Assembly (NCBI RefSeq): GCF_006345805.1
Contig: NC_042997.1
Location: forward strand, 167,338,001-167,402,000
Direction of reading: 5' to 3'
DNA from: Octopus sinensis
Lineage: Eukaryota
DNA length: 64,000 nt
Part shown: one piece after another, positions 52,238 to 64,000 of the stretch
How the letters are laid out: each line of letters opens with the position of its first letter
Numbering within the stretch: the first letter of the stretch is position 1
The notes under the pieces: generated by a model
Database searches by the model: none
What the model was told of the DNA's origin: nothing
Seen by the model: the letters and a program-made list of their open reading frames with translations, nothing else
Program-made: the position numbers and the translations under genes

Positions 52238-53059
52238 TTTGTCTACATTGCATTTAACTGTGTCTGCTGATATCATGCTTGCATAGTATGGAATTTGCAA
52301 AGGTCAAAGACCTGTTCTTGATTCCACTGTTATACTCCGCGAAGACTCATTTTGGAAGCCATCATCTCTAGCAAATACAGACTGTCATATTTCTTTTCAA
52401 TGATCAGACACCTACTAATCTGACGAGTCTCCTGATGTCTACAGTAGCAGCAGAATCATTGACATCAACGACCCATACGACCTAGCAGTATAGGTAGCAT
52501 GGATATAATTCCCTTACAACTAGCGATCGCTATCAATTTTCCGGCGGAGAAGTGTGTAATGATTTTTGAGGGTGATGTAATATTCCGCAATGTAGGTATT
52601 AATAAGCGTGGATTTTACATAAAACTGATATGTGAAACTGGTTTGCCTCATCAGATCAGTTACAATGAATTCCACTTTAAAAGAAAACAGAACACTGAAC
52701 GCTGGAATGGATGGACTCAACCGACCCAAACTTCAAGGACCTACAACCGTATAAGAACGGTGATGGTAGATGTTGATGCCAAAATATAGGCAATACGGAA
52801 CCCTCTCCACAGCCTTGTTGACTATTGTCATAACTGTTGTCACTACATTCCTTTTACGTCTATATTTCATTATATACAAGATCGACCCCAAACTATATTG
52901 ACTTCATTTACGAAAAAAGTTCGATATGCTGATATATTGGAATTGTCTCATTTGCTGCAGCTTTTAGATCTTTAGCATCTACTGAGGGAGTTTTTATCTT
53001 CTAATTGCAAGGATAATCTCAGTTAACTGAAGTTTTTCAAATCAGTGGCATATGTGAAA

Positions 53060-53104
<45 letters not shown>

Positions 53105-53107
<3 letters not shown>

Positions 53108-53430
53108 AGGCCAAAATTTTACCTAACTTTGCATTGCATCGGAGAATTTGATTTACTTAATTACATGCTCAGGATGCAAACGGCAATATATTGGACACAC
53201 AAAATACAGCCTACGTCAGAGGATGGCGGTGCACAAATCCCAGATTAGAATTCCGGAATACAGGAAAATATGTCAACGAACACATAGACAGATGTGCATC
53301 GAATAAATATCCCAAATTCACAACTTTTCTATTATACAAATTCAAAGACAGTGCTAGCCAAAAGTAACGTATTAGCAAGGTAATGCATTTCATAAGAAAG
53401 TATCGACCGAGTCTAAATTCTTTAAGCTCG
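53105..53430 (+). mobile_element. 5'-truncated Penelope-like GIY-YIG endonuclease fragment
   Basis: ASENLIYLITCSGCKRQYIGHTKYSLRQRMAVHKSQIR from about 53136, then after a frameshift NEHIDRC...HFIRKYRPSLN. It begins right after a (TA)n tract. Confidence 0.88.
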
Positions 53431-53671
53431 GAACACTGAAACTATATGTATATTATTTATAAGAAATAAAGCTGAGAGATTAAATAAATCCATTTCTGTA
53501 AAGACCTCAGGGGAGATAACTTTACAATAACTTTACGACGACTATTATGGCTACTACTGCTTATTTGACTATTGCGACCATTTTGAAAACAAACAAATAT
53601 ATATATATATATATATAGGAGATGTATTTGCATAGCAAGTGATTTGATCTGAGATCGTGTGCTGAAACGAA

Positions 53672-53902
53672 AACAATTGCAGCGGGGAAGGTGTTTGTAA
53701 GCCATTTAAGAAACACACAAAAGCCGTTCGATTCACTTCAACATTTAAGTTTAATTTGTCAAAATATTTTTGTCAGTGAACAGGTCGCGGTCTTAAAGCG
53801 ACAAAAATATTTCGACAAATTAAACTTAAATGTTGAAGTGAATCGAACGGCTTTTGTGTGTTTCTTAAATGGCTTACAAACACCTTCCACGCTGCAATTG
53901 TT
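53672..53902. repeat. Fold-back inverted repeat, 103-bp arms with 25-bp spacer
   Basis: 53672-53774 and 53800-53902 are reverse complements at 101 of 103 positions; followed by (TA)n. Confidence 0.95.
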
Positions 53903-53949
53903 ATATATATATATATATATAGTAAAGTAAATTGTATTAAACACACACA

Positions 53950-53981
<32 letters not shown>

Positions 53982-54732
53982 TACTATACATATGTGCATA
54001 TACATAAAGAGAAACAATCTTACATCCAATTCTCCAGCCCATACCGGCACGGGAATCAGACATTGGATTGAAAGAACTGAATAGTTGTATAGATGTCAAC
54101 AGAATTTTTTCTTCTTCCTCTCTTCCTTCTTTCTTTCCTTTTCTTTTCCATTGACACCCCTTTCAGATACACAGGCACCCACACACACACACAAACACAC
54201 ACACACTCTCTCTCACTGGACAATGATGAAAACAAATCCAGACATTTTTTTGAAAAATAACACTTATCAAAACAAGACCCACCTTGGAGTAAGCACCTGG
54301 TTTTGCCATTTTTAAAGGCCAAGAATCACTTTCTATTGAAAGAACTGACCAGCTGTAAACACATTTTTCTTCTTTCTCTCTTCTTTCTTCCTTTCATTCT
54401 CTTTTCCATTGACAGTCCTTTCAGATACAAAGGCACACGCGCGCGCGTGCACTCTCTCTCACTTTCTCCCCATTCCTCACTCTCTTTTACTATCCTATAT
54501 CTCTCTCCACCCCAACACACTTAATAATACTATAAAAAGAGACGAATCTCCTCAAAAAATTCAATCCACTAGAGTGGATGCAAGCGCTAACATATGATTT
54601 ATAAAAACATGTGACATATTAATAAAATCTGTAAATATAAAACCATCCAGATTTCTGAGTACCTCATTTCTTCTAACATATAATACCTGTACATCATCTC
54701 CAAACCTTCTAATATATATACATATATATATA

Positions 54733-55950
54733 CAGGTCTTCGTCGACTTACGACCTATCCGTCTTACGACCGATCGACTTTACATCAGCTAACAAGCGCT
54801 TACCCTAAGCTTGGTTATCGATCGCCACAGTGGTTAGCCCGAGTGCTGGTTGAATATTCTGTCGTGAAGACATCGAGGCAACCTCGTATTTGTTTATAAG
54901 ATGACTGCTTGAGACTCCGAAAGTTTTGACTAACGCCAGGCTCAATAGAACACAACTCTTCCGGTGACTGTGTGTGTCTTGTCTATGATTTTTTGTTTTC
55001 AAAAAATAATCCTTAAAATGTCTACTCTCTCTTTTACTCTTTTATTCTTTTACTTGTTTCAGTCATTTGACTGCGGCCATGCTGGAGCACCGCCTTTAGT
55101 CGAGCAAATCGACCCCGGGACTTATTCTTTGTAAGCCCAGTACTTATTCTATCGGTCTCTTTTGCCGAACCGCTAAGTGACGGGGACGTAAACACACCAG
55201 CATCGGTTGTCAAGCAATGCTAGGGGGACAAACGCACATACACAAACATATATATATATATACATGTATACGACGGGCTTCTTTCAGTTTCCGTCTACCA
55301 AATCCACTCACAAGGCATTGGTTGGCCCGGGGCCATAGCAGAAGACACTTGCCCAAGATGCCACGCAGTGGGACTGAACCCGGAACCATGTGGCTGGTTA
55401 GCAAGCTACTTACCACACAGCCACTCCTACAACGAGGAAATTTTCTTCATCTGCTCCTCAAACTGCCAAGAAATAAAGAACAGCCATCGACCTCGACACG
55501 AAAATGATGGTGATTAGACAGTACGAACGAGGAAAGAAAGTGAATGAAATCGCACGTGAACTGAAATTATCACACTCTAATGTTTTGACAATTTTGAAGG
55601 ATAAAGAAAAGATTCGTCAAGCTGTAAAAGGTTCCGAACCCATGCGATTTAAGTTGTGATAAAGCAGAGGGCTGGGCCCATCCACAAGATGGATAAATTG
55701 CTACAGATTTGAATTGACGATCAGATCCAAAAACAGCCACCGTTAACTCTTTTTACTCTGCAGTCAAAGGTTGTAGTACTGTTTTAGTACTATTTTAGTA
55801 TACTACAGAATGCTGTGTGTGACTTTTACCTGAGAATGTACCTTAATACCTTAAGAATGTAAGAATACAACTCGAGGCTATGTAGGCCTATAGACCGACT
55901 TACGACCAGTCAGTCGGAACCAATTGTGGTCGTAAGTCGACGACGACCTA
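54733..55950 (+). mobile_element. Internally deleted Tigger/pogo-like DNA transposon
   Basis: 23-bp TIRs match at 21 of 23 (CAGGTCTTCGTCGACTTACGACC; GGTCGTAAGTCGACGACGACCTA) and TA precedes the left end. A CENP-B-type N-terminus (AIDLDTKMMVIRQYERGKKVNEIARELKLSHSNVLTILKDKEKI) lies at about 55480-55740. Confidence 0.88.
55028..55427 (-). mobile_element. SINE family B nested in the Tigger-like element
   Basis: Full-length reverse copy lying between the two TIRs. Confidence 0.92.
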
Positions 55951-55952
55951 TT

Positions 55953-56021
<69 letters not shown>

Positions 56022-56026
<5 letters not shown>

Positions 56027-56274
56027 TGTATCAACTCCAGACTATCAAATGTTGTAAACACCGCTGGTCACAATGCGCTTCCTCGCATTGTTGTAGCTTT
56101 CAAATGATGCCACCCTACTGGCTAGGCAGGCAAACCGACATTCCCTCTGAACGGAACGCCTGTGCAGTAGAGTGTTTTACTCAAGAGCACAACAACGTAC
56201 CGCAGATCTGGAAATTGAAACTACAATCTTGTGATCATAAGTGCAACACACTAAACGCTAGGCCAAACGCCTTC
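56022..56274 (-). mobile_element. SINE with family D head and tail X
   Basis: Minus-strand head GAAGGCGTTTGGCCTAGCG...; the tail AGCCAG..GGGTGGCATCATTTGAAAGCTACAACAATGCG...GACCAGCGGTG is homologous to 1397-1500. Confidence 0.72.
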
Positions 56275-57282
56275 AGACACACACACACACATATATGCAC
56301 ACCTGCACGCACACACACACACGTACGTACATACACACAAACACTTAAGCACACATACGCACGCACACACACACACACACACTCACTGCGAGAAGGCGAG
56401 AAAGTAAGTTATAAAGCTTGGGGTTTATGTCGTAGAAGGAATCAGTTCCACTCCTTGAAAATCTTTAACGACCCATCTGGGAATAAGTACAGAAAAAAAG
56501 ACGATATTTGAAATAAACTCTTTGATAACGTTTGGCCCTTATAACTTCAAAAAAGGTACATAATTACATAAAGCAACGGTCTTAAATATACCGTAGGGGG
56601 ATCACGTAATCCGTTTCTGTTCCTTTTTTTGTTGTTGTTGCTTCCATTTTCTTTTCTTATCTTAGCCTACTTCATCTTCTTCTTCATCTCCTTTTCCCTC
56701 GGTGTCTTCTCTCTTGTTGATGTCGTCTTCATTTTTGTTCCAAAACAAACATAGAAACAATGAAGTCGGATGTAGCGGAAGAAAGACAGATTCAGGAAGA
56801 GAGAGGAGAAAGCAAAAGAGAGTGAAAGACTGGGTCGGTAAAAATAGAGATAGAAAATGATAAATAGCCATTGGGTGGCAGATGTTAAAATGTACCATGT
56901 ACCATTCGGTTATTTTATATTTTTATTATATTTTTATTATTTTTTAAGACGCACAAGAACAAGAAAGGAATGCGGAGACTAATAAAAAGTTCTAGAAACA
57001 CCACTTGCCACACATTGTGATTGAAACGCTGAGCTCATGTTTAAGACAGCGTATCTGAAAGCAGGTAGTCCTCAGAGTTTTTGTTTGAAGCACGCTAAAA
57101 GCATTAAAGAACTTGCGGATTATGTATTCGCGTATTCGCCTCTACAGCCTACTAAACTTCGGTGTCATAACCACGCACATTTTTCTCAATTATCTTTGAA
57201 CAAACGTCATAAATACTGTAGCTTTATTTTATCTCAGTTGGAACAGATAATGAAAGACATGACTGCTTCACTATGACACGGC

Positions 57283-57354
<72 letters not shown>

Positions 57355-57567
57355 CTTTTCTACTCTAGGCATAAGGCCCAAAATTTTGGGGGAGGGGGGC
57401 CAGTCGATTAGATCGATCCCAGTACGAAACTGGTACTTAATTTATCGACCCCGAAAGAATGAAAGGCAAAATCGACCTCGGCGGAATTTGAATTCAGAAC
57501 GTAGCGGCAGACGAAATATCACTAAGCATTTCACCCGGCGTGCAAACGATTCTGCCCGCTCACCGCC

Positions 57568-57569
<2 letters not shown>
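57355..57569 (-). mobile_element. SINE family C (tail C2) between two (AAT)n tracts
   Basis: (AAT)n at 57283-57354 and 57570-57664. Confidence 0.9.
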
Positions 57570-57630
<61 letters not shown>

Positions 57631-57889
57631 GCAACAACAACAACAATAATAATAATAATAATAATTCAGCCAAAACTCATGTCGGGTCAGAGGAAATATT
57701 AACAATGACAAAAAGTAAAAAGAAAATCAAAATAATAATATCAGTGATGATGATAATAATAATGAAAGGTAGCGGTTGGAATCTCCCCATGTCCTGATTG
57801 AGGATACATCTAGTGAATGTACCACAATAAACTCACTGGTAATTCACAACCTGATAATCGCTGCCTCATATGAGTGACGATGAAAAAAC

Positions 57890-59160
57890 AAAATATTATG
57901 AATAACGGTGATAATGAAACCGAAGCCCTTGAGGTGGCAGCGTTGCATCCGGCAGGTTCGGAGATACTGGTCCGACTCCAGCCTATCGCTATCCAGCAAG
58001 GGACCAGTACTTCGACGTAGATGGAACAAACAAGTCAATGCTGTGGTCATGAAGCTTTACTACCTGAGCAACCCTGTGGACGAAAATTGTGTTCATATTG
58101 GGGGATACCGACAATGTATGTATGATCAATGGAGAGAAAGAGGATTGTTTCAACTCACTGAACAAAGATTATGTTGTCAAGCTAGAGCAATAAGAAAAAT
58201 TCTTGGTTTACAGAAGTAGGGCACGAAGCTACCAAAAGACGGATATTGGAAACCAGTAGTAGAGTAAAGGATGAAAATGCAGTTCCTACTGAAAAAGTAA
58301 TCTCATGGCAGAAAACAGAGGTGAAATCTCTGATAAACTGCAGGAAAGGAACAGTGATAGCTTGCTCGATGAGAGACATATAGAGAGTTTGAAAGAAAAC
58401 AATAAAACAAATGATGACAATGACATAATAGATGAGCAAAAGGCAATCTACGACAGAGTAAAGGCAAGGCTACAGAGGAACGATAACAAATACCACCAAA
58501 GAATGAAGGGATACCAACAGAAGAGTTTATTCAACGTAGATAAGATATTCTACAAAGAAATAAATGGAGTGTACAGATCAAAAGTTGATACCAGACAGCA
58601 TTGAAAGTCAAATGTTTTGGAGTGACATCTGGAGCAAAGACAAGGAGCACAAGAAGGATGCTGAATGGTTGCTAGAATTGAAAAACAAACAGTAGTCGGT
58701 CTAAACAGCCAGAACTAGTCATTTCAGTTAGGGAAGTGAATGAAATCAGCAAAAAATGGGCAACTGGACCAGATGGAGTTTAATCTCGGGACCAGGTGGA
58801 GTTCAAGGTTACTGTATCAAAAGATTTGGTGAATGTCATACACGAATAGCTGCACAGCGCAACACCTTGTTAAATGCCAACCAAGTAACACCAGAGTGGT
58901 TGATAATGTGTAGGACAGTGCTGTGCTTGAACGACATCGAAAAAGGCAATATGGTAGACAATTACAGGCCGATATCCTGCTTGCCGCCTATGTGGAAATT
59001 ATTGACTGGAATAGTCGCAGCGTCAATGTACGGACATCTGAAAAAAAATTGAGTTCTGCTACATGAGCAGAAGGGTTGTAAGCATAAGTGCAAAGGTAGC
59101 AAGGATCAACTCCTGGTAGACACAATTATACTTAGATACTGCAAGAGGAGGAAAACTTGC
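57890..59160 (+). mobile_element. R4/Dong-type LINE, N-terminal region and start of RT, fragmented
   Basis: RRRWNKQVNAVVMKLYY...EQRLCCQARAIRK, GPGGVQGYCIKRF...DNYRPISCLPPMWKLLTGI and EQKGC...KDQLLVD, with stops and frameshifts. Confidence 0.85.
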
Positions 59161-59640
59161 TTGAAAGAAATCAAAAGTCTAACTACGTACTACACCAGAG
59201 GAAAGAAATGCGGCACAGTGGAAGTACGCTTCGGGAGTGAACAAGAAGCGATAAAACACTCCACTGTGCCTTTGAGATCAACTGTTACCAACTTACTGTG
59301 GCAAACATGCCGCCAGAGTGAAGATTGGTAGAGTACCCCCAGAAATTTACGAGGCGTGGCTGGTGGCAGCCATCCTCTATAATACAGAAGATGAAATCAA
59401 AATACTTAAAATCAAAAGGGCTACAGAGGTAAACTATTGGGGATTCGGCCTTGAGGTGTCAGTTCACATCAGTTTACCAGAAATCCACATAATTGCAGAA
59501 GAATTGGTGTTGCCGGACGAGACGAAGCTGAGAGTTGTAGTGGAAGACCTCCCGTATGCTATCAATGTGGAGTACGGTGACACATGAAAGCTAAGTGTTC
59601 CTAGAAATACGAAGAGAAAGTGACGGGGGTGGAATAGCAA
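59161..59640 (+). mobile_element. Tx1/L1-type ORF1 (gag-like) remnant with a CCHC knuckle
   Basis: VEVRFGSEQEA and VKIGRVPPEIYEAWLVAAI, then a frameshifted C-YQ-C-GVR*-H-MKAK-C (59557-59598). A K/E-rich purine stretch follows to about 60330. Confidence 0.65.
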
Positions 59641-60397
59641 GAAGAGGTGGACGTGCAAGGCATAGGAGAGCAGAAACCAATGGAAAATATGGAAGAAAGA
59701 TACACAGTGGGGAAGAAGAAGGAAAGACAACAAAACGCGGACTCACCACCAAAGAGTCCCATGAAGAAAAGAAAAGGAAATGGAGAGGAGAAGCAGAGCG
59801 TGAAACAAGGAAGAGTGAACGAGCAGAGAAAAAAATGAAAGGCCAACAAAAGTAAGTGGTGGGGTCGAGGAACGAAGACAAACCATTACCAACAATCAGC
59901 AAGGAGGAGAAAGTACAGAAGAAAAAGGAAGATGAAAGAAAAATGATAACAATAAAGAATGAGATGATACAGAGATAGAAATACCAGAAAGAGTAGAAGA
60001 GATTGGTGAAGAAAATCAGAGAGAGACACCGAAAGGAAAACAATTAAGAAAAATGATAAAGTATAGAAAAAGTGTAGAAACTGAAAAAAAATATTGCGAA
60101 AATGAAGAATGTAATTAGAATTAAATTGTCACTCAACGAGAAAAATGAAGGTTTGAAAGCTGTTCTGCTGGAAAGAGAGAGGAGAAAGGTTAAAGGAATT
60201 GTTTGGTAAAAAGTTAGAAGTGACACCAGTACAGTATCGTTTTAATGAATTGCCGCCGCTGGTGGCATTCGAAAATTTAATGGAGTATTTGGTGTAAATG
60301 AGGGTGAGGAAATTTAAGAACTGAATAATTAATGACTTTGTGTAAATTTTAAAAAAAAGAAAAAAAAGGGAAAACCAACAGATACAAGACAGAATAT

Positions 60398-60817
60398 GGA
60401 TCTTTTCGGTTTGAACGGCAGTTTTTTCTAGCGGTGTCATATGAAATTGTCACCCATAATTATGACCCTAGAATCGATCTATTGCATTTCAATCTCTTTT
60501 AGGGTTAGGGTTAGTTAGGGTTAGGGGAAGGGTATCTTTTTTTCTTCACAAATGTAAATAAACCCAATCTGTTTCTTAAACGAGGGATATATTCATACGG
60601 CACAGAATACTTTTTAACTCAATAGACGTCACTGATTTGTTGAAATTGCAGAAATTGAAGAAAAAAAGCAACAAATATCTTACAAACTATAGAATTTTCT
60701 TAATAAAGCCAAGAGAAAAAGATGTTTTATAAACACATTCTACCAGTATACGAAGTTTAAAATATTTTAGTTACCTAGAAATTATGTTAAAAACTGCCGT
60801 TCAAACCGAAAAGATCC
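60398..60817. mobile_element. 420-bp MITE with perfect 29-bp TIRs and 8-bp TSD (Merlin-like ends)
   Basis: TIR GGATCTTTTCGGTTTGAACGGCAGTTTTT (60398-60426 and 60789-60817); TSD CAGAATAT (60390-60397 and 60818-60825); internal TTAGGG repeats at 60499-60526. Confidence 0.92.
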
Positions 60818-61778
60818 CAGAATATTGAACTGTTAGTAAAAGGTTATATAAAACAGTAAAATAAAACTACCTGCTTATATGGGGGGGGGGGCAGGTAGGT
60901 TATTTCATCCCCATTTTTCATTGTATCCATAATTTCATACGATATGTGTTTTCATGTACCCCATTGTATTGTTTTGTATGTACTTGTATTGTCGCCTCTC
61001 TTTAAGAGTCATGTGCTCAATAAAAGAAATCAGGACGTTGGTGTTGCCTTGGTGAAGGTTTGCGCTCTCAGAGTGCTCTTGCTGTTATTATTTTTTAGAA
61101 AGTTTCTTTCTTATATAAACTACGTAATTTTAATTATAAATCTTTAATTTTTAGTAATGTTTGTTATAAATAATTAATTTGATCAAATTTATAATATTTA
61201 CTATTTGACTAGAGATGATAAAATAATTTAAATATATTATTTTGCTACTTACCTAAAGATAAACAGCGTGTTATTATAAAAACATGTATTTTGATATGAA
61301 AGAATGAAAGGGATATTTCTTATTTAGCCATGGTCTTTTTGAATAGTTTTTTTTTTTTTTGTTCCTGGTATATAAAAACTAATATACTACGATATATTTA
61401 GAATGGAATACTTAATAACATTCAAATATATTTTAAGGCCGTATATATTTTTTTATCTTTGTTTTCGTTTTTTAATTAATAACGCTCACGCTTATAAACA
61501 GATTTAAATTCAGACTTATTGGATATGTGAATCCTAATACACATAAGAATCCTAATACACATTACAGATTACACTGAGGAGATTCTTGGCCAAAAAAAAC
61601 AATGAATTTTTATAATTTTATTATGGCCAAGAATTGAAATATCTGTATGTGATTTATATTTAACATTTATTACTTATATTGCATTGTATTATCATAAGAA
61701 TATAATATAATATACTATAATGCTAATAAATTTTAATTTTTGATTTGCCAATTGTTGTACATCTTCATTTTCTATTCA

Positions 61779-61822
<44 letters not shown>

Positions 61823-61841
61823 TGTGTGTACATATAAACGA

Positions 61842-61995
61842 CATGTTTCTTCTAGTTCTCTCTATTAAATCCACTTACAAGGCTTTGACCAGCCTGAGTC
61901 TTTAGTAGAAGACCCGTGCCCAAAATGTCACGTCGTTGCACTGAACCTGGAACCATGTGGTTGAGAAGCAAGCTTCTTACCGCGTAGGCGCGCCC
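61842..61995 (-). mobile_element. Degenerate family B SINE 5' half
   Basis: AAATCCACTTACAAGGCTTTG...GAACCTGGAACCATGTGGTT. Confidence 0.65.
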
Positions 61996-61996
61996 G

Positions 61997-62096
<100 letters not shown>

Positions 62097-62391
62097 CTGG
62101 TTTTATTTATTGGACAGCATTTTATATATAATTAACCAAAGAATGCGTTCATAGATTTCTATAAGAAACTGATATCCACACTGATAAGATTCAGGCACCA
62201 CCAAACCCGTGTTTAGGTATTTTTATTTAATTTAGGGTTCAAGAGAAAATATATATATCAGTCACTTCCGCCTACTTTTTTTTTTTTTTTTTTTTTGAAA
62301 CTCCTACTATTCTATCATAAGGGAATTTACCCCAAAACGCGATCATCCTTTGCATTTTTTATTTGATACCTGAAGAGGACAACGTCCTGTA

Positions 62392-62441
<50 letters not shown>

Positions 62442-63124
62442 TTGTTGACTAAGCCACAGTTGCTGAAGTAAATGAGGTGATATTCAAGTTAAAATATATT
62501 CTCGGAAAATCGGAAAATATCTACCATTTACAATGGTTTATGAAACACTCAGCCGAAATCAATTTCTACCAACGTAACCCTTAGGTTATATCGCATTTTC
62601 ATTGCAAGCGAATTTTCTCTCATCAAAAATTTTAGTATCTTCCTCTTCCTTCGGGGTTGAGTAGCGAATCCAAACAAGACAGTATCAACGACGAAGTGCA
62701 ATCTTTCATATCTAACTTCACATCGAATGAACTCGTTAGAGTCACAGAAAAAAAAAATGTCCGCCGATATTTAGTTACAATATGTGATTTTCTTATTTCA
62801 AATACTGCCGATGTTTCATTCATCCAGTCAATTTAATATTCCTAGAAATGATGATGGATGTGAATGTAATTATGATAGAAGACTAAAGACTTTTGCTTTC
62901 ATCCATCCAGGGGTTTAATTAAATACTGGGAATATACTGTATTTGATTTAATAGGTTCATATCTCGTTCTTTACTCAGATAAACTAATTCGTGGATTGTT
63001 TGTTCAGCATTGAAATGTCTAAAAGTCAACATGATTTCTACAGTAGTAGTGATTTATTACGTTAGGGTTATCAAGCCGATACCAAACCCTTTTAATTGTT
63101 TATATAATCGCTGCTGCAATTACG

Positions 63125-63181
<57 letters not shown>

Positions 63182-63297
63182 CGCGCGTGTGTGTGTGTGT
63201 GTGTGCCTGTATATGTATAGATGTTTGTATTTATATATAATATACATTACACACACACACAAACACAGACATATACATATATACACACAGACGCACA

Positions 63298-63348
<51 letters not shown>

Positions 63349-63620
63349 ATACATACATAATATATATTTATATATATATATATATACATATATATATACA
63401 TTATATATATATATATATACAAATATATATATATATATATACAAATAGAAATATATATATTTATATACATACATAGATACACAAATATATATACATATAT
63501 ACATATTTGTACATATATATGAATACATATATGTATGTGTGAATGTATGTATGTGCTTATGTACGTATGTGTATATTTAAGTATATGTATCGTGTGTGTG
63601 TGTGTGTGTGTGTAAGTATA
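63125..63620. repeat. Compound (TG)n/(TA)n microsatellite region
   Basis: Read directly. Confidence 0.9.
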
Positions 63621-64000
63621 CATACCTGACAAGTCATATGGTTAGTGTCATTATATCAGATTCTCCACTTAAAAGAAAATCAAAATGAGGGACACCATTC
63701 AAATGAATAAACACACTCATGGCAACTGAAATTAGTATACTTCTGAAATAACTGTTTTCAGAATAACGGAAAATTCAGCTGAATAGAAAAAAAAATCATC
63801 GTATAATGATCATTTTAGTTTGAAATTTTTTTTTTCCTCACTGTACATTCTATTCTTAATAAAGTTGTGGTCATTATATTATATCGCTCTTTCTTATTTA
63901 TTTTATGCATCCCTTTTATTTTCATAGTGTTTTAAAACAATTTCCTAGTCAACGGTAAGTTCAGAATAACGGCATCTCAAATCAACAAAATTGCCGTTAT

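Noticed and set aside
52499-52960. Possible additional RT fragment (RYAD-like string near 52920)
   Set aside because: Only one weak motif; the other RT motifs could not be recovered in order.
59591-60440. F/S/L-rich minus-strand ORFs of 60-150 aa
   Set aside because: They are antisense shadows of the purine-rich tail of the ORF1-like remnant.
60499-60526. Telomere or chromosome end
   Set aside because: Only four full TTAGGG units, located inside a MITE with intact TIRs and TSD.

Overview
This is eukaryotic, AT-rich, repeat-saturated genomic DNA. The SINE families and the very heavy (TA)n/(TG)n/(TATG)n/(GATA)n load suggest an octopod cephalopod; that is an inference, not a database result. 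No complete protein-coding gene is visible, and nearly all supplied ORFs are microsatellite read-throughs or antisense shadows of transposons. The window contains: (i) about 30 tRNA-derived SINE copies of four related families, three of them dimers or trimers flanked by a single target-site duplication (TSD); (ii) LINE fragments: a fairly intact 3' end of a Tx1/L1-type element inside a (GATA)n tract, a Tx1-type ORF1, three R4/Dong-type pieces, and RTE, CR1/L2-type and unclassified RT pieces; (iii) five Penelope-like RT or GIY-YIG fragments, plus three long fold-back inverted repeats; (iv) DNA elements: a Tigger-like element, a hAT MITE, a GG-ended 8-bp-TSD MITE with TTAGGG repeats, a palindromic MITE and a Helitron-like piece; (v) a 450-bp tandem repeat rich in hairpins. 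The most interesting signals are a complete minimal hammerhead-ribozyme motif (36087-36169, minus strand) in one arm of a fold-back repeat, a hammerhead relic in each 450-bp unit, the (GATA)n-embedded Tx1 element and the multimeric SINEs. A few possible minus-strand host exons are reported at low confidence.
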